Program-made: the position numbers and the translations under genes
Notes under the pieces: generated by a model
What the model was told of the DNA's origin: nothing
Database searches by the model: none
The model's input: the letters and a program-made list of their open reading frames with translations, nothing else
Source: Syntrophorhabdaceae bacterium
GTDB lineage: Bacteria > Desulfobacterota > Syntrophorhabdia > Syntrophorhabdales > Syntrophorhabdaceae
Assembly (NCBI GenBank): GCA_963665295.1
Contig: OY762209.1
Coordinates: 672,001-736,000, forward strand
Reading direction: 5' to 3'
Length of the DNA: 64,000 bases
Shown: piece by piece, positions 7,083 through 17,707 of the stretch
Layout: every line of letters starts with the position of its first letter
Numbering within the stretch: the first letter of the stretch is position 1

Positions 7083-8824
7083 CCTGACTTCCCGCCCCAT
7101 TATAACGAGGAAACCCATCTAACCCATTAATAAACATAAGATTAAGTACGATTTCCCTTGCATTTGGCATCGTTACAAGTTATAGTGTTGTAACGATGAA
7201 GGAGGGAATGCATGGCGATCGTCTATCAGACCAATAAGAAGACCGGGGTCAGGTATGCCTATGAATCGGTCTCATACTGGGATAAGGAGAGGAGGCAGTC
7301 CAGGGCAAAGCGTGTGTGCATCGGAAGGGTAGACGAAGAGACCGGGGAAATCATTCCCACCAGGAAAAAGAAGGTGGGGCCAAAGACGATCAAGCCTGGC
7401 CCGGTGCCCATCACCCGGACTGCCCGGTTGTTCTATGGGGCCACCTACCTCTTCGACTGTATCGGGGAAGAGATAGGGGTGACAAAGGATTTGAGGACCT
7501 GTTTCCCCGATAGCTATCGTAAGATCCTCTCCCTCGCCTATTACCTCATATTGGAGGACAAGAACCCCTTGAGCCGCTTCCCCCGGTGGGCTCACGTTCA
7601 TTGGCATCCACATGGGGAAGTCATCTCCTCCCAGAGGAGTAGCGACCTCTTTGCCGCGATCACCGAGGAAGGAAGACAGCGGTTCTTTACCCTCCAGGGG
7701 AAGCGCCGGGTAGAGAAGGAATATCTCGCCTATGACAGCACGTCCGTGAGCAGCTACTCCCAGTGCCTGCGGCAGGTACGCTACGGGAAGAACAAGGACC
7801 ATGAGCACCTTCCCCAGATCAACCTTGCACTCCTCTTCGGACAGCAGTCACGCCTGCCCTTCTATTACCGGAAGCTCCCGGGTAACATCCCCGATGTGAA
7901 GACATTGAGGAAATTGCTCAGCGACATGAACGCCCTGGGTTATGAGAAGATCAAGGTAGTCCTGGACCGGGGCTTCTACAGTGCGGCCAACATCAACGAC
8001 ATGTATAAGCATCATATGAAGTTCCTGATCGCCGCAAGGCTGCCCCTTAGGTTTGTCGAGACGCACCTTGACCCCGTCAGGGAGAAGATGCGGAGCTTCA
8101 CCCATTACAGTAAGCCCCACGGGCTCTATGCCTATTCTTTGCCGATCGCCTGGGACTATGTGCAGGATCGGCCCTACAAAGGAGACACCCTCGCGGAGGA
8201 CCGCCGGATGTATCTTCATCTGTATTTCTCTCCGGAGAGAGCCTTAGAGGATGAACTGGCCTTCACCACCCGTCTCTCTGATTGGCAGGAAGAGCTGGAA
8301 CGCGGTACTCGCTATCCGGATCATGAGAAATACTATGCGAAATACTTCGAGGTGAAGAGTACGCCGGTCCGGGGGACAAAAGTGGTTGCTAAAGAAGAGG
8401 TTCTCATAGAGGCGAAACGCAATTACGGATACTTTGCCCTCCTAAGCAACGAGATAAAGGACCCCCTTGACGCGCTCACCATTTACCGGAACAAGGACCT
8501 GGTGGAGAAGGCCTTCGAGAATCTTAAAGAACGACTGAACGTACGCAGGCTTGCCGTCTCCTCCGAGCAGAGTCTCGACGGCAAGCTCTTTGTCCAGTTC
8601 ATCGCCCTTATCTTCTTATCTCACATCACCAGGAAGATACAGGAGAGCAACCTCTTCAAAGATTACACGCTGCAGGAAGTCCTGGATGAGCTTGATGTCA
8701 TCGAATGTTACGAAGTACCGGGGCAGCGTCTCATGGCGGGGGAGATGACGAAGAAACAGATGGAGCTTTATGCGAGGCTGGGGGTTATGGCGCCGGGCTC
8801 GTTACAATAGGGCGGGAAGTCAGG
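7083..8824 (+). mobile_element. IS1634-family element
   Basis: 15-bp TIR CCTGACTTCCCGCCC / GGGCGGGAAGTCAGG; flanks TTATAA vs AGGGAA, so no TSD. Confidence 0.9.
7212..8810 (+). CDS. IS1634-family DDE transposase
   Basis: YDSTS...YGKNKD...LPQIN...GNIPD...LDRGFYS...YRNKDLVEKAF. Confidence 0.92.
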   Translation: MAIVYQTNKKTGVRYAYESVSYWDKERRQSRAKRVCIGRVDEETGEIIPTRKKKVGPKTIKPGPVPITRTARLFYGATYLFDCIGEEIGVTKDLRTCFPDSYRKILSLAYYLILEDKNPLSRFPRWAHVHWHPHGEVISSQRSSDLFAAITEEGRQRFFTLQGKRRVEKEYLAYDSTSVSSYSQCLRQVRYGKNKDHEHLPQINLALLFGQQSRLPFYYRKLPGNIPDVKTLRKLLSDMNALGYEKIKVVLDRGFYSAANINDMYKHHMKFLIAARLPLRFVETHLDPVREKMRSFTHYSKPHGLYAYSLPIAWDYVQDRPYKGDTLAEDRRMYLHLYFSPERALEDELAFTTRLSDWQEELERGTRYPDHEKYYAKYFEVKSTPVRGTKVVAKEEVLIEAKRNYGYFALLSNEIKDPLDALTIYRNKDLVEKAFENLKERLNVRRLAVSSEQSLDGKLFVQFIALIFLSHITRKIQESNLFKDYTLQEVLDELDVIECYEVPGQRLMAGEMTKKQMELYARLGVMAPGSLQ

Positions 8825-8845
8825 AGGGAACAGGCTCCCCGCGGG

Positions 8846-10135
8846 TTACTCCAGTCTGAATCGTCCCGAAGCCTTTTCAATATTGTTCGAAAGATTGGCG
8901 AGGAGCTCGGATGCCCGCGCCACCTGGGCGGCGCTCGAAGAGGCATCCTTCGAGACGGAGGCTATTTGTTCTATATCCTTGCTGATGCTCTCCGAGGTTG
9001 CCGACATCTCATCCGTGGCGGATGCAATCTGGTGCACCATGAGTTGGAGCCCGTCCGCGCTTCCCACAATCTCCTGGAGCGCGGAGCCCGCCTGTACCAC
9101 AAGTTCCACCCCGAGACCGACGTTGCTCGTCGCGTAGTCCATGGAACGGACGGCTTCGAGGACCTCTTGTTGGATCGCCCTCGTCATCTTTCCTATTTCG
9201 GAAGTTGACAGCGCTGTTCTCTCCGAAAGCTTCCTTACCTCGTCCGCGACAACCGCGAACCCCCGCCCGTGCTCCCCCGCCCGGGCCGCCTCAATCGCCG
9301 CGTTAAGGGCGAGCAGGTTTGTCTGATCGGCGATGTCGTTAATGACATTGACGATCTCCCCTATCTGTTTTGACCGTTCTCCCAGGGACTTTACGAAGGC
9401 GGCGGAGGCGTTCACTACCTGCGCGATCTCCTTGACCTTCTCCACCGACTTTATCACTATCTCGTCCCCGTTCTTGGCCACCACCACTGTTTTCGAGGCC
9501 GATTCCGCGATATCGCCTACGCTTTTTGCGATGTCGAGAATGGTCTGCGACATTTGTTCCGATGCCGCCGCCACTTGCGAAGATCTGGACGCCTGTTCGC
9601 CCGATCCCATCGACATCTCTCCTGCGCTCGCGGCCAGTTCGCGAGCCGCCGAAGAAATGTCGCCTGCCGCTGATTTCATATCCTTCACAAGGACCCGCCA
9701 TGTGGTCAAAAGCTTTAGCAGTGCATTCTTAATGTCATTGAATTCATCTTTAGTCTGAACACCCAAGTGGGAATCCATCGTGAGATCACCCTCAGCAAGC
9801 CTCGATGTGATGCCGGTAACGGTCCGGATGGGAGATGCAATACTGCCCCGTATCACCAAGGATGCGGCGATACCGAATGCAAGCGACCCGATACCGAGCA
9901 TGAGAAAATACATCCTTATTCCGCTGTTGATATCCAGGATCTCCTTGAGCCTCGCGGTCGCGGTCACGTCCCCCGGCGCACCTGCCTTTTCCGCCGCGCT
10001 GATGGCTTGGCTCGCCTTACTGTCCGCGTTCATCGTGCCCTGAAATCCGACTAAGCCAAGGAGCACGATGACGGCCAAGCAAATTCCGAACCCAAAATTC
10101 AAGCGGTTTTTGATACTGACGTCCCTTATCTTCAT
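8846..10135 (-). CDS. Methyl-accepting chemotaxis protein (2 TM, HAMP, signalling domain)
   Basis: [36 protein letters not shown]. Confidence 0.97.
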   Translation of the reverse strand: MKIRDVSIKNRLNFGFGICLAVIVLLGLVGFQGTMNADSKASQAISAAEKAGAPGDVTATARLKEILDINSGIRMYFLMLGIGSLAFGIAASLVIRGSIASPIRTVTGITSRLAEGDLTMDSHLGVQTKDEFNDIKNALLKLLTTWRVLVKDMKSAAGDISSAARELAASAGEMSMGSGEQASRSSQVAAASEQMSQTILDIAKSVGDIAESASKTVVVAKNGDEIVIKSVEKVKEIAQVVNASAAFVKSLGERSKQIGEIVNVINDIADQTNLLALNAAIEAARAGEHGRGFAVVADEVRKLSERTALSTSEIGKMTRAIQQEVLEAVRSMDYATSNVGLGVELVVQAGSALQEIVGSADGLQLMVHQIASATDEMSATSESISKDIEQIASVSKDASSSAAQVARASELLANLSNNIEKASGRFRLE

Positions 10136-10187
10136 CCCTTTCCCCCTTCCAAGTAATAGTGGAATGATATCTTTCCTATGTCCGTGA

Positions 10188-10214
10188 TTTTCGACCTGAT
10201 CTGATTTGTCTTAA
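10188..10214 (-). promoter_or_regulatory. Candidate sigma28 (FliA) promoter of the MCP gene
   Basis: TTAAGACA-N11-GTCGAAAA vs consensus TAAAGTTT-N11-GCCGATAA. Confidence 0.45.
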
Positions 10215-11015
10215 GCCAATTCCCGGCAAACACATATGATTTATGGTTATCCATTATGCCCTTTACTGATGGTCATGTGAAGATCGGGACGGGCCCGCTC
10301 CGGAGATAACCCTTTTCTGCGGTAAGTTACATAGATTAATTACTTTTCCAATCTCCATACCGCCTATTTCGAGCGAAAGAAAAGGCACTCCACTAAGAGA
10401 GGGGAGGCGGGGTGCGCCATGGAACCGACGCACCCCAGACGGTTGAACCGAGATCAACTGTTACCTTGAATTGCAGGTAAGTTCCCTTTGGATCTCTGAG
10501 AAGTAATCGGGCAAGTCGCGCCACAAAATGCCGCACTTAATGCGCTGTAAATACGCCATATTCGCGCCAGCAGTCGCTATTTCAGACACGGTACTTGCTT
10601 CTCGGGATCACATTCTCACTTCTACCAGCGATGGAACGCTGAATGCGCTCGTTTTCAAACTAACTTTCTTGATTCTCGCCGGCAGACCGGCTGTTTAGCC
10701 GTACCTGAACGACAAAACCCTTTCCTTCTGCCGTATATCCGCAATATTTTGTAACCGCCCCAACTTCCCGAGGCGGGCGGGGAAGGGTTTTCCCGACGGC
10801 GAGCATCGCGGATGTTTTGGGGACCCTGCCGGTTCCTGTGAACGGTGCCGCGGTTTTTGCGGCACGATGCGCCGGATAGGAGGATCTCGCGGGACAGGAC
10901 CGGCAGGCTTTGCGAGCTGCCAGGGCGCCTTGACATGAAAACTTGCTTCGCACTGAGCATCGAGGGCACTGGAGGCGTGCAAAGGGTCAAAACAGGAGCG
11001 CAGCGTAGTCCACCA

Positions 11016-11160
11016 AAAGGAACATAGGGTCTGAAAGGAACATAGGGGTCTGCCCCTGACACGGGATAACAGGGCTGGCCCTTGGAGTAAAAGCACGTAT
11101 TTTTAATCAGTTGCATCATCGTCAGAGTGTTTTTGTCCTGTGTCAAGGGCAGACCCCTAT
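11016..11160. repeat. Intact REP-like palindromic unit (11042-11160) with a short upstream tandem duplication
   Basis: ATAGGGGTCTGCCCCTGACAC...GTGTCAAGGGCAGACCCCTAT; AAAGGAACATAGGG(G)TCTG twice at 11016-11052. Confidence 0.85.
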
Positions 11161-11163
11161 TCG

Positions 11164-11275
11164 GCACTTGTGGTCAAAAAGCTTAATAATAGACCCAGGA
11201 AGTGCCTCAACTACCGGACGCCCCATGAGGTCTATCGTCAGGCTCTAGGTGGTGCACTTTGAAGTTGAATTCGCC
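11164..11275 (+). mobile_element. IS30-family remnant (transposase C-terminus plus right end)
   Basis: VVKKLNNRPRKCLNYRTPHEV...GAL* followed by TTGAATTCGCC. Confidence 0.8.
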
Positions 11276-11529
11276 CCTACTGCTTTTGAAACGGCATTCC
11301 GGTTGCAATGCAATATTTTCCTTGAAATTTCATATGACATGGATCACAATAGATTCCATACGAGACTTTATGCAACGGTTTGGGGAGGGGTGCGTCGGCA
11401 TGTCATTACTTCACGTACATCCCTTTGAGGTTCCTACAAATAAGAAAGGAGATATGTATGAGCAACCCATGGAAGGACAACGGAAAAAGGGCGTCCCGTC
11501 TCACAAAAGGACCTCGTGAAGAGAATGAC

Positions 11530-13464
11530 ATGGAACCGGTAAGGATGTTCCTCCTCTTCAGTCTTGCCTTCTGCCTTTTTATGCTCCCTCCGTGGATGGC
11601 TTTACCGGTTCACGCAGACCCCCTTCAACCGCAGGCCGCTACCGAACCGAGCGCACGCTACGGGCACACGATGGCCACAGTCGGGGAAAAAGTCTACCTC
11701 TTCGGCGGCAGCGACGGCGCAACGGCCGCAAGTTCTTCGGGGGGAAAGATTCGGGACGAAGTGTTGAATGACCTATGGGCGTTTAGCATAGACGATGGAT
11801 GGGAAAACGTGTTGGCCATCGACGCCCCTGCAACCCGCAAGGGCCATAGCACGGCAGTATACGACGACAAGGTGTTCATTCTCTTCGGCGCGGACAGCAA
11901 TGGCAATGCCCTGAACGACACACAGGCATACAGCGTGACCGACAACTCCTGGAGCCAGGTAAACCCCCAGAGCGCCTTGCCCCCGGCCCGCAAGGATTCC
12001 GCCGCGTCTGCCGTAGACGGCAACATCTATGTCTATGGCGGCAGGAACGGAAGCGGACAGCTTTCCACCGGAAGTGTATGGAAATTGAACTATGCCTCCG
12101 GCATGATCAGGCAATGGACCGAGGGTGCGACCCATCCGGACATGGCGCGCTACGGGCACACGCTTACGAATGTGGATGGAAAACTGTATGTATTCGGAGG
12201 GAGTAACGGCGGTTCGTTTTTGAACGACCTGTCGTATTATGACCCGGAGTCCAATTCATGGACAAAGATCACGCCGGGGTCGGACAAGCCCCCGGCCCGC
12301 GCGTTTCATAACGCTGTACCGGGCACGGGCAAAATTACAGTTTTAGGCGGCACCGGCAAAACCGGTGGACTGGACGATGTGTGGGAGTTCGATATCGTTG
12401 AAAAAAAGTGGGTACGAAGACCCGACCTTCCTGTTCCCCGCGCCGAGTTCTCCGCCGAGGCGCTCCCCTCTTCCTCATCCGGCGGCAAAGGTGCCTCACC
12501 CGGCGGCATCCTCATATTCGGGGGCATAAGTAACGGTCAGGTAGTTGCAGATACCTACATCTACTCACCAAGCGCAACTACCCTCACCGTTGCCAAGTCC
12601 GGCGCCGGTTCCGGTACCGTGAAAAGCAATCCTTCCGGCATCAAATGCGGGTCTGCCTGTTCCGCCTCCTTTGCCGCAGGCACGGTCGTCACCCTCACCG
12701 CAGCCCCTGCCGGCGGCTCCGCCTTCGACGGCTGGTCCGGCGGATGTTCCGGCACAGGTACATGCCAAGTCACTATAACTGACAATATTGCCGTCACCGC
12801 CTCTTTTTCCGTCCCCCCGTCAATCGGCGTGTCCCCTGCGTCCCTTAACTTCAATTCCATGATAAAGGGTGTTTCCTCCACGAAGACGGTAACCATAAAG
12901 AATACGGGGAGGAAGGGGGGCGCTCTTCTCGTGTCCGGTCTTGCCATAACCGGAAATAATGCAGAGGAGTTCTCCTGGATCAGTGATACGTGCACCGCTT
13001 CCCTCGAACCGAAAAAGACCTGCACCGTATCGGTGACCTTTACCCCCGCGTCCTATGACCAAAAAACAGCCACTCTCACCATCTCCTCCAATGATCCCAA
13101 GAAGACATCAGTCGCCGTGAAGCTTGCAGGGAAGGCAGGACCCCCCAAGATGTCGGTCTCCCCCACGTCCCTCAACTTCGGTTCCGTATCTCTTGACAAG
13201 TCCCCCAAACCGCAAAAGACCATTACCGTCAGGAATACGGGTATCTCCGATCTTACCATCTCGTCCATAACCTTAACCGGCGATGTTGCCTTTACCCAGA
13301 CGAACAATTGCGCGACGGTCATTGGGAAGAAATCATGCACTATCCAGGTCGGCTTCGCCCCCACTCTCATCGGTAACTCAGATACCACTACCATTAAGAT
13401 CGATTCTGACGATCCCGCAAAAGGAACAGTGACGGTGAAGGTAAAAGGGACAGGAAAGAAGTGA
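11530..13464 (+). CDS. Secreted Kelch-repeat protein with InlB-B-like repeat and two ASH/choice-of-anchor-D Ig-like domains
   Basis: Signal peptide; repeated R-x-GH...Y-x-FGG...W motifs; TLTVAKSGAGSGTV...VTLTA...FDGWSG; VSPxSLNF...TI-x-N-x-G...L-x-I. Start uncertain (11380-11545). Confidence 0.8.
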   Translation: MEPVRMFLLFSLAFCLFMLPPWMALPVHADPLQPQAATEPSARYGHTMATVGEKVYLFGGSDGATAASSSGGKIRDEVLNDLWAFSIDDGWENVLAIDAPATRKGHSTAVYDDKVFILFGADSNGNALNDTQAYSVTDNSWSQVNPQSALPPARKDSAASAVDGNIYVYGGRNGSGQLSTGSVWKLNYASGMIRQWTEGATHPDMARYGHTLTNVDGKLYVFGGSNGGSFLNDLSYYDPESNSWTKITPGSDKPPARAFHNAVPGTGKITVLGGTGKTGGLDDVWEFDIVEKKWVRRPDLPVPRAEFSAEALPSSSSGGKGASPGGILIFGGISNGQVVADTYIYSPSATTLTVAKSGAGSGTVKSNPSGIKCGSACSASFAAGTVVTLTAAPAGGSAFDGWSGGCSGTGTCQVTITDNIAVTASFSVPPSIGVSPASLNFNSMIKGVSSTKTVTIKNTGRKGGALLVSGLAITGNNAEEFSWISDTCTASLEPKKTCTVSVTFTPASYDQKTATLTISSNDPKKTSVAVKLAGKAGPPKMSVSPTSLNFGSVSLDKSPKPQKTITVRNTGISDLTISSITLTGDVAFTQTNNCATVIGKKSCTIQVGFAPTLIGNSDTTTIKIDSDDPAKGTVTVKVKGTGKK

Positions 13465-13519
13465 AAGGGGGCCGACGGTTGCTTCATTTTCGCAGATACA
13501 TACTGGGACCCCCACTGGG

Positions 13520-15466
13520 GTAGAGTAGAGAACTGGCGCCCCATCCGGAGCCGCTTCTGCACTTTTCGATGCACGCATCTACTGCGGACTATAGCGGTCG
13601 GCAGGGTTTCCAGTTCCCCCTCATCAAACCGTACGTTCAGTTTTCCCGAATACGGCTTTCCAATCATCTTTTTCCAGAGGCATTCGCCGTCCAGGCGGCG
13701 GTGGTCGGGATTCTATAGAGCCCGAGGCGTTCATAAAGGTATGGGGTGGGGTATGCTTTATATCCCCTGCCCTTTACCCGGTGTTTCCGCTTAAGGTATG
13801 TCCGTACCCGTTCTTCGAGATAATCCTTGATCCGGGAGAAGGCTTTGCTGTTGTGACGATAGTAGAAGTAGCCGGACCAGTTCGTTGAGCCTCGCGATGA
13901 TGAACCCGGTCGGCAGGGCGAGATTTCTCCGTATGGTGATCTCCTTTATCTCTTTTCTAATGTGCAGCATTGCTTTCTTCGAGGGAACGACGAGGGGGAA
14001 CGTTTTTCCGGTCCGGCGGTTTTTTGTCACGCGTACCGTGAACCCGAGGAAGGTAAAGCTCTCTTTTGTCGCATTGATGATCTTTGTTTTATCGGCATTG
14101 AGGGTAAGCCCCAGGTCATGGAGAGCGTCCGCCATTTTAATGAATACTTTGTCAACGTTGTATCTGCAGAGGAGCACAAGATCATCCGCGTATCTCACGA
14201 GCCTTGTACCCTCCATGGCAATGTCAAAGAGATTGAGATAGATATTCGCGAGGAGAGGAGAGATTACCCCTCCCTGCGGCGTTCCCTTGTCGTTGCCGGT
14301 ATATCTCCGTTTTCCCTTCTCCTCTTCCACGAATGGAGCTTTGAGCCACATTTTCAAGAGCCTCAGGATATGCTTGTCCACGACCCTTTTGGCCACTGCT
14401 TCCAGTAATCGGTCATGCGGGATGGTGTCAAAATACTTCGTAATGTCCGCATCAATGACCAGGGTGTTCTTGCAATAGAGCTGAAGGCTCACCTCATCCA
14501 TCGCCTTGTGGGCGCTTCTTCCGGGTCTGAAGCCGTAGGAACTGTTTTGAAAGTCTGCCTCGAATATGGGTTCGATTACCATTTTGACCGCCATCCGGAC
14601 GACCCTGTCTTTGATGACAGGTATCCCGAGGGGTCGCTCTGTGCCGTCCGGTTTTGGAATATAGACCCTCCGTACCAGCTGGGCTTTGTAGGTATTGGTA
14701 CATAATTCCTCGGTGATGTGCTCTAAGAATCTTTCCACCCCTTCGCTCTCTATTGCATCGAAGGTCACCCCATCTATTCCCGGGGCACCCTTCTTCGCTT
14801 TGACAAGTTTATAGGCAAATTCAATGATGTCCTTGCGGTAGACCTTGTCATAGAGAGCGTAAAACCTGAACTCTTTCTCCTGCTTGGCCTTCTGGTAGAG
14901 CTTCGTCCGAAGTTCCCGGATCTTGTCTGGAGTTTTTAGCATGAATGCAATCTCCTTTCCTTCCCTTCTTTCAAAGCGTGATGAAGGCATTGCCCCTTCC
15001 CTCTCCCGGAGTTTTGTTGTCTCCTGGGATGATAACGGTACTATGGGCAACTCCGACTCCCTTCAGGGCCAAAGAGAACTTCGTTTCCTTATATCTCTCT
15101 GTTGCCGTTCAGGCACCTTGAAGGGTCTCCCGTGCTCCCCCATATGACTTCTCCTGCGTGTCACCCCTGCCACCCCGGGAGCCCGCCTGTCGGTTCCGGT
15201 AGTTATTGTCAGGACAGACATGTCAGCCTTCCCCCAACGTCCACGGGGTCGGCGGCTCCACATTTCAATTACGAGGCTACCTATAGGTTCGCGTTTCCAC
15301 TGCAACCCGCAGGTTTGCTCAACCCACTTGAATGGGCCTTTGTGAGGGAACTTAGTGCTTCGGGTTACCCCTCACACCTCCCTCGCGCTACATGGGTGAA
15401 CTACCAAATTCCCATGACCGGACTTAAACCGGCAAGTCATACGTTCTACACGGCATACGGACGCTC
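13520..15466 (-). mobile_element. Group II intron (about 1.95 kb)
   Basis: Domain V AAGCCGTATTCGGGAAAACTGAACGTACGGTTT (13659-13626); domain VI ends CTCTACTCTAC (13520); 5' end probably GAGCG at 15466; encodes RT. Confidence 0.9.
13664..14942 (-). pseudogene. ltrA: Group II intron reverse transcriptase/maturase, frameshifted in domain X; no endonuclease domain
   Basis: KGAPGIDG, RPLGIP, SYGFRPGR, GTPQGGVISPLLANIYL, RYADD; the frame shifts near 13872 and the tail GYFYYRHNS...LYERLGLYRIP ends at 13664. Confidence 0.88.
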
Positions 15467-15804
15467 GTTGAATTATCAAATTATCTGCGGTTTGCAGAAA
15501 ACCAAAGGTTTGGGCGTCGAAAAAATCCCTAATGATGCCACCCTTTAACTGTTTCTTCCCGCACACTCCCGGCTGGAACGATGGCCGTGGCGTCACAAAA
15601 GAGACAGTCAAGGTATCTTACGGCACGGTCCTTCACAATTGACATTTGGCACCTTTTCAACGCTGCGCCATACAGGCCCTGTGCGCCCCTAATCTCTTCC
15701 CCGTCATTCAACTGCTTTAAAGGACTTGGGGAGGTCCTTTTGTTAGTCTTCACGAGACGCTCGGGTACGTCAATAGTACCCGGCGCCAGGGCAGGAGCGC
15801 TCCC

Positions 15805-16320
15805 ATGCGGGTACAGTATGATGAAGACACGGCTGAAAAGGCATATCTCGGATGGAAGGAATGCGGGTATAACGCCAGGAAAGCGTCGCGGCGCCTCGCG
15901 GCAGAGGGGCTTGTCATACACAGAAATACGATCTCGGCATGGAGAGACAGATGCGACTGGAAGACCCGCGCCCAGAGAGAACAGAAAGAGGGTACGACAG
16001 TGAAAGAAGCGAACAAGGACGATACCGGGCTTATCGCAGGTCTTGAAGCCCAGAGAAAGCGGTATGAGGGGTTCTTCGAAACCCTCGGGCCTACGGTGAT
16101 TGACGTCCAGGCCACCTATGCCTACACCGCCGTCGTGAAAGCCATCGCGGACGTTCATAAAAAGATGGACCCTAAGCTGGAAATGTACTGCGCGGCCCCG
16201 GCAGTCATGGAGGCGTTCGTAAAGTCCATTCACGCGAAAGCCGAAACCCTCGATAAGGCTTTCGTCCTTCAGGTCTTCAATCTGATAGACGCTTTCTTTG
16301 AGGAGATAGAACCCCAATAA
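15805..16320 (+). CDS. Phage-like N-terminal HTH protein (terminase small subunit / Mu gp27-like)
   Basis: RBS GGAG; A-x-x-L...TISAW...DW motif followed by a helical C-terminus. Confidence 0.4.
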   Translation: MRVQYDEDTAEKAYLGWKECGYNARKASRRLAAEGLVIHRNTISAWRDRCDWKTRAQREQKEGTTVKEANKDDTGLIAGLEAQRKRYEGFFETLGPTVIDVQATYAYTAVVKAIADVHKKMDPKLEMYCAAPAVMEAFVKSIHAKAETLDKAFVLQVFNLIDAFFEEIEPQ

Positions 16321-16533
16321 TTCCGGGAAAACGAAAGGACAACCCCCCCCCTTCACGGTGATTCACAAGAGGCACAAACAGGGAAATGTCGATGGAGGGC
16401 GGGAAAGCGCTTTCGCCAAAGCAGGATGGGGAATTATGGGAAGCACTGCTCTTTGACAATGGCATATCGGGAAAGCTTAGTGTGGGACGTGGGACGTCCT
16501 CTTCGTCCTGTCCAGGAAGATAGCCTTTTGTCA

Positions 16534-16579
16534 TTGATAATTAGATTCTAAGTGAGTATACTGAGTATACCAAGTATAC
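16534..16579 (+). promoter_or_regulatory. TA promoter with three GTATAC operator boxes
   Basis: TTGATA-N17-TATACT; GTATAC at 16556, 16565 and 16574. Confidence 0.7.
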
Positions 16580-16592
16580 GAGGAGATATTCC

Positions 16593-16829
16593 ATGAATAA
16601 GCAGCATTTAAAGAATATTAGCGCAAAGGTGCCGGACGACTTGCTTGTGAGCATCGATGAAATCGCGGTATTGCGAAACAGAAACCGTGGCGAGATCGTA
16701 CGAGAGGCCCTGAACTTTTATATTGATACTATGGCTGATTACCGAATTGCCATTGACCGCCTCGGAGATCCTACCGACGAGATACAAACAGAAGAAGAAT
16801 TCCTGACAGAACTTGGTTGGGATATCTGA
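16593..16829 (+). CDS. Ribbon-helix-helix antitoxin
   Basis: ISAKVPDDL...IDEIA...NRGEIVREAL; acidic C-terminus; TGATG coupling to the toxin. Confidence 0.85.
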   Translation: MNKQHLKNISAKVPDDLLVSIDEIAVLRNRNRGEIVREALNFYIDTMADYRIAIDRLGDPTDEIQTEEEFLTELGWDI

Positions 16830-17089
16830 TGTATGCTCTAAAACTTAAGAGGAGCGTGCAGGGAGATTTCAAAAGGATAGGCCGGGAGGCGGCCAAAACG
16901 GTCTTGGATGTAATCAGAAAGGATCTGTTGACAAACCCAAGAGCAGGGAAGCGGCTGAAAGGGAAAGAGGGCGTATTGTGGAGCCACCGCGTAGGGGACT
17001 ATAGAATTATTTACACTTTCAATGACGAAGAGCTTTTTCTTCTCGTGGTGAGGGTCGGGCATAGAAGGGAGGTTTATAGGGGCATATAG
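16829..17089 (+). CDS. relE: RelE/ParE-family type II toxin
   Basis: NPRAGKRLKG...RVGDYRIIY...VVRVGHRREVY. Confidence 0.92.
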   Translation: MYALKLKRSVQGDFKRIGREAAKTVLDVIRKDLLTNPRAGKRLKGKEGVLWSHRVGDYRIIYTFNDEELFLLVVRVGHRREVYRGI

Positions 17090-17707
17090 GGTTCCTGATA
17101 CCTTCCCGCAACTCTCATCTTTTTCGGGCAGGAACTGGTTTGGCATTTTCACTTTTGCGCGGCGCGGGACGCCTTATGCGCTCGCTTTCAAGCTACGTTT
17201 CCTGGTTCTCCCGACCGTCCGACCTTCTATATCAATAGGTGGAACAGCTTAATCATTGCCTTTTTCCAACTGGCCTCTATTTCCGGCGTCAATTGATCAA
17301 AATAATCTGAAAGCGCCGGGTGGAATAGGTGGGGGCATGGGGCGGGGGCTTCAGATGCGCCCGGCTGTGAAGGGGTGATGGACGGCGGCGTATATCCATA
17401 CGCAAGAGTCCACGCCCCTTTGCAGAGGGGTGCATATGGAGTCTTCGCTCTATGCCCGCGCCTATCCACTGCCCCATCCACACCAACAAGCAACAGGAAG
17501 ACAAGAACCTCCGATCACCTCAAACCCTCGCGGCTCTCGCTCACGCTCATCCTTCAAGCGCTGTTCACCTCCGTACGACGTGACCGTGGCTCCACCTCCG
17601 CTCCCTTCCCAACCCTCCGTGCCTCTCACCGCTGCCCGAATATTTGATTTAAGGCCTTATTTGGTGTAGAGTAACGTGAAAATACGGGTGTTTTTCTTCT
17701 GGTATCT

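Noticed and set aside
10640..11015. Overlapping minus-strand ORFs, one with CRSCP
   Set aside because: No start context or family motif I can support; probably decayed mobile DNA.
13664..14942. RT as a DGR or retron
   Set aside because: Group II domain V/VI directly follow the ORF; no TR/VR pair with adenine-specific differences and no msr/msd seen. The 261-bp repeats at 56.7 kb vary at all bases.
17100..17650. Short ORFs between the TA pair and the LPS cluster
   Set aside because: No coherent frame or motif; left unannotated.
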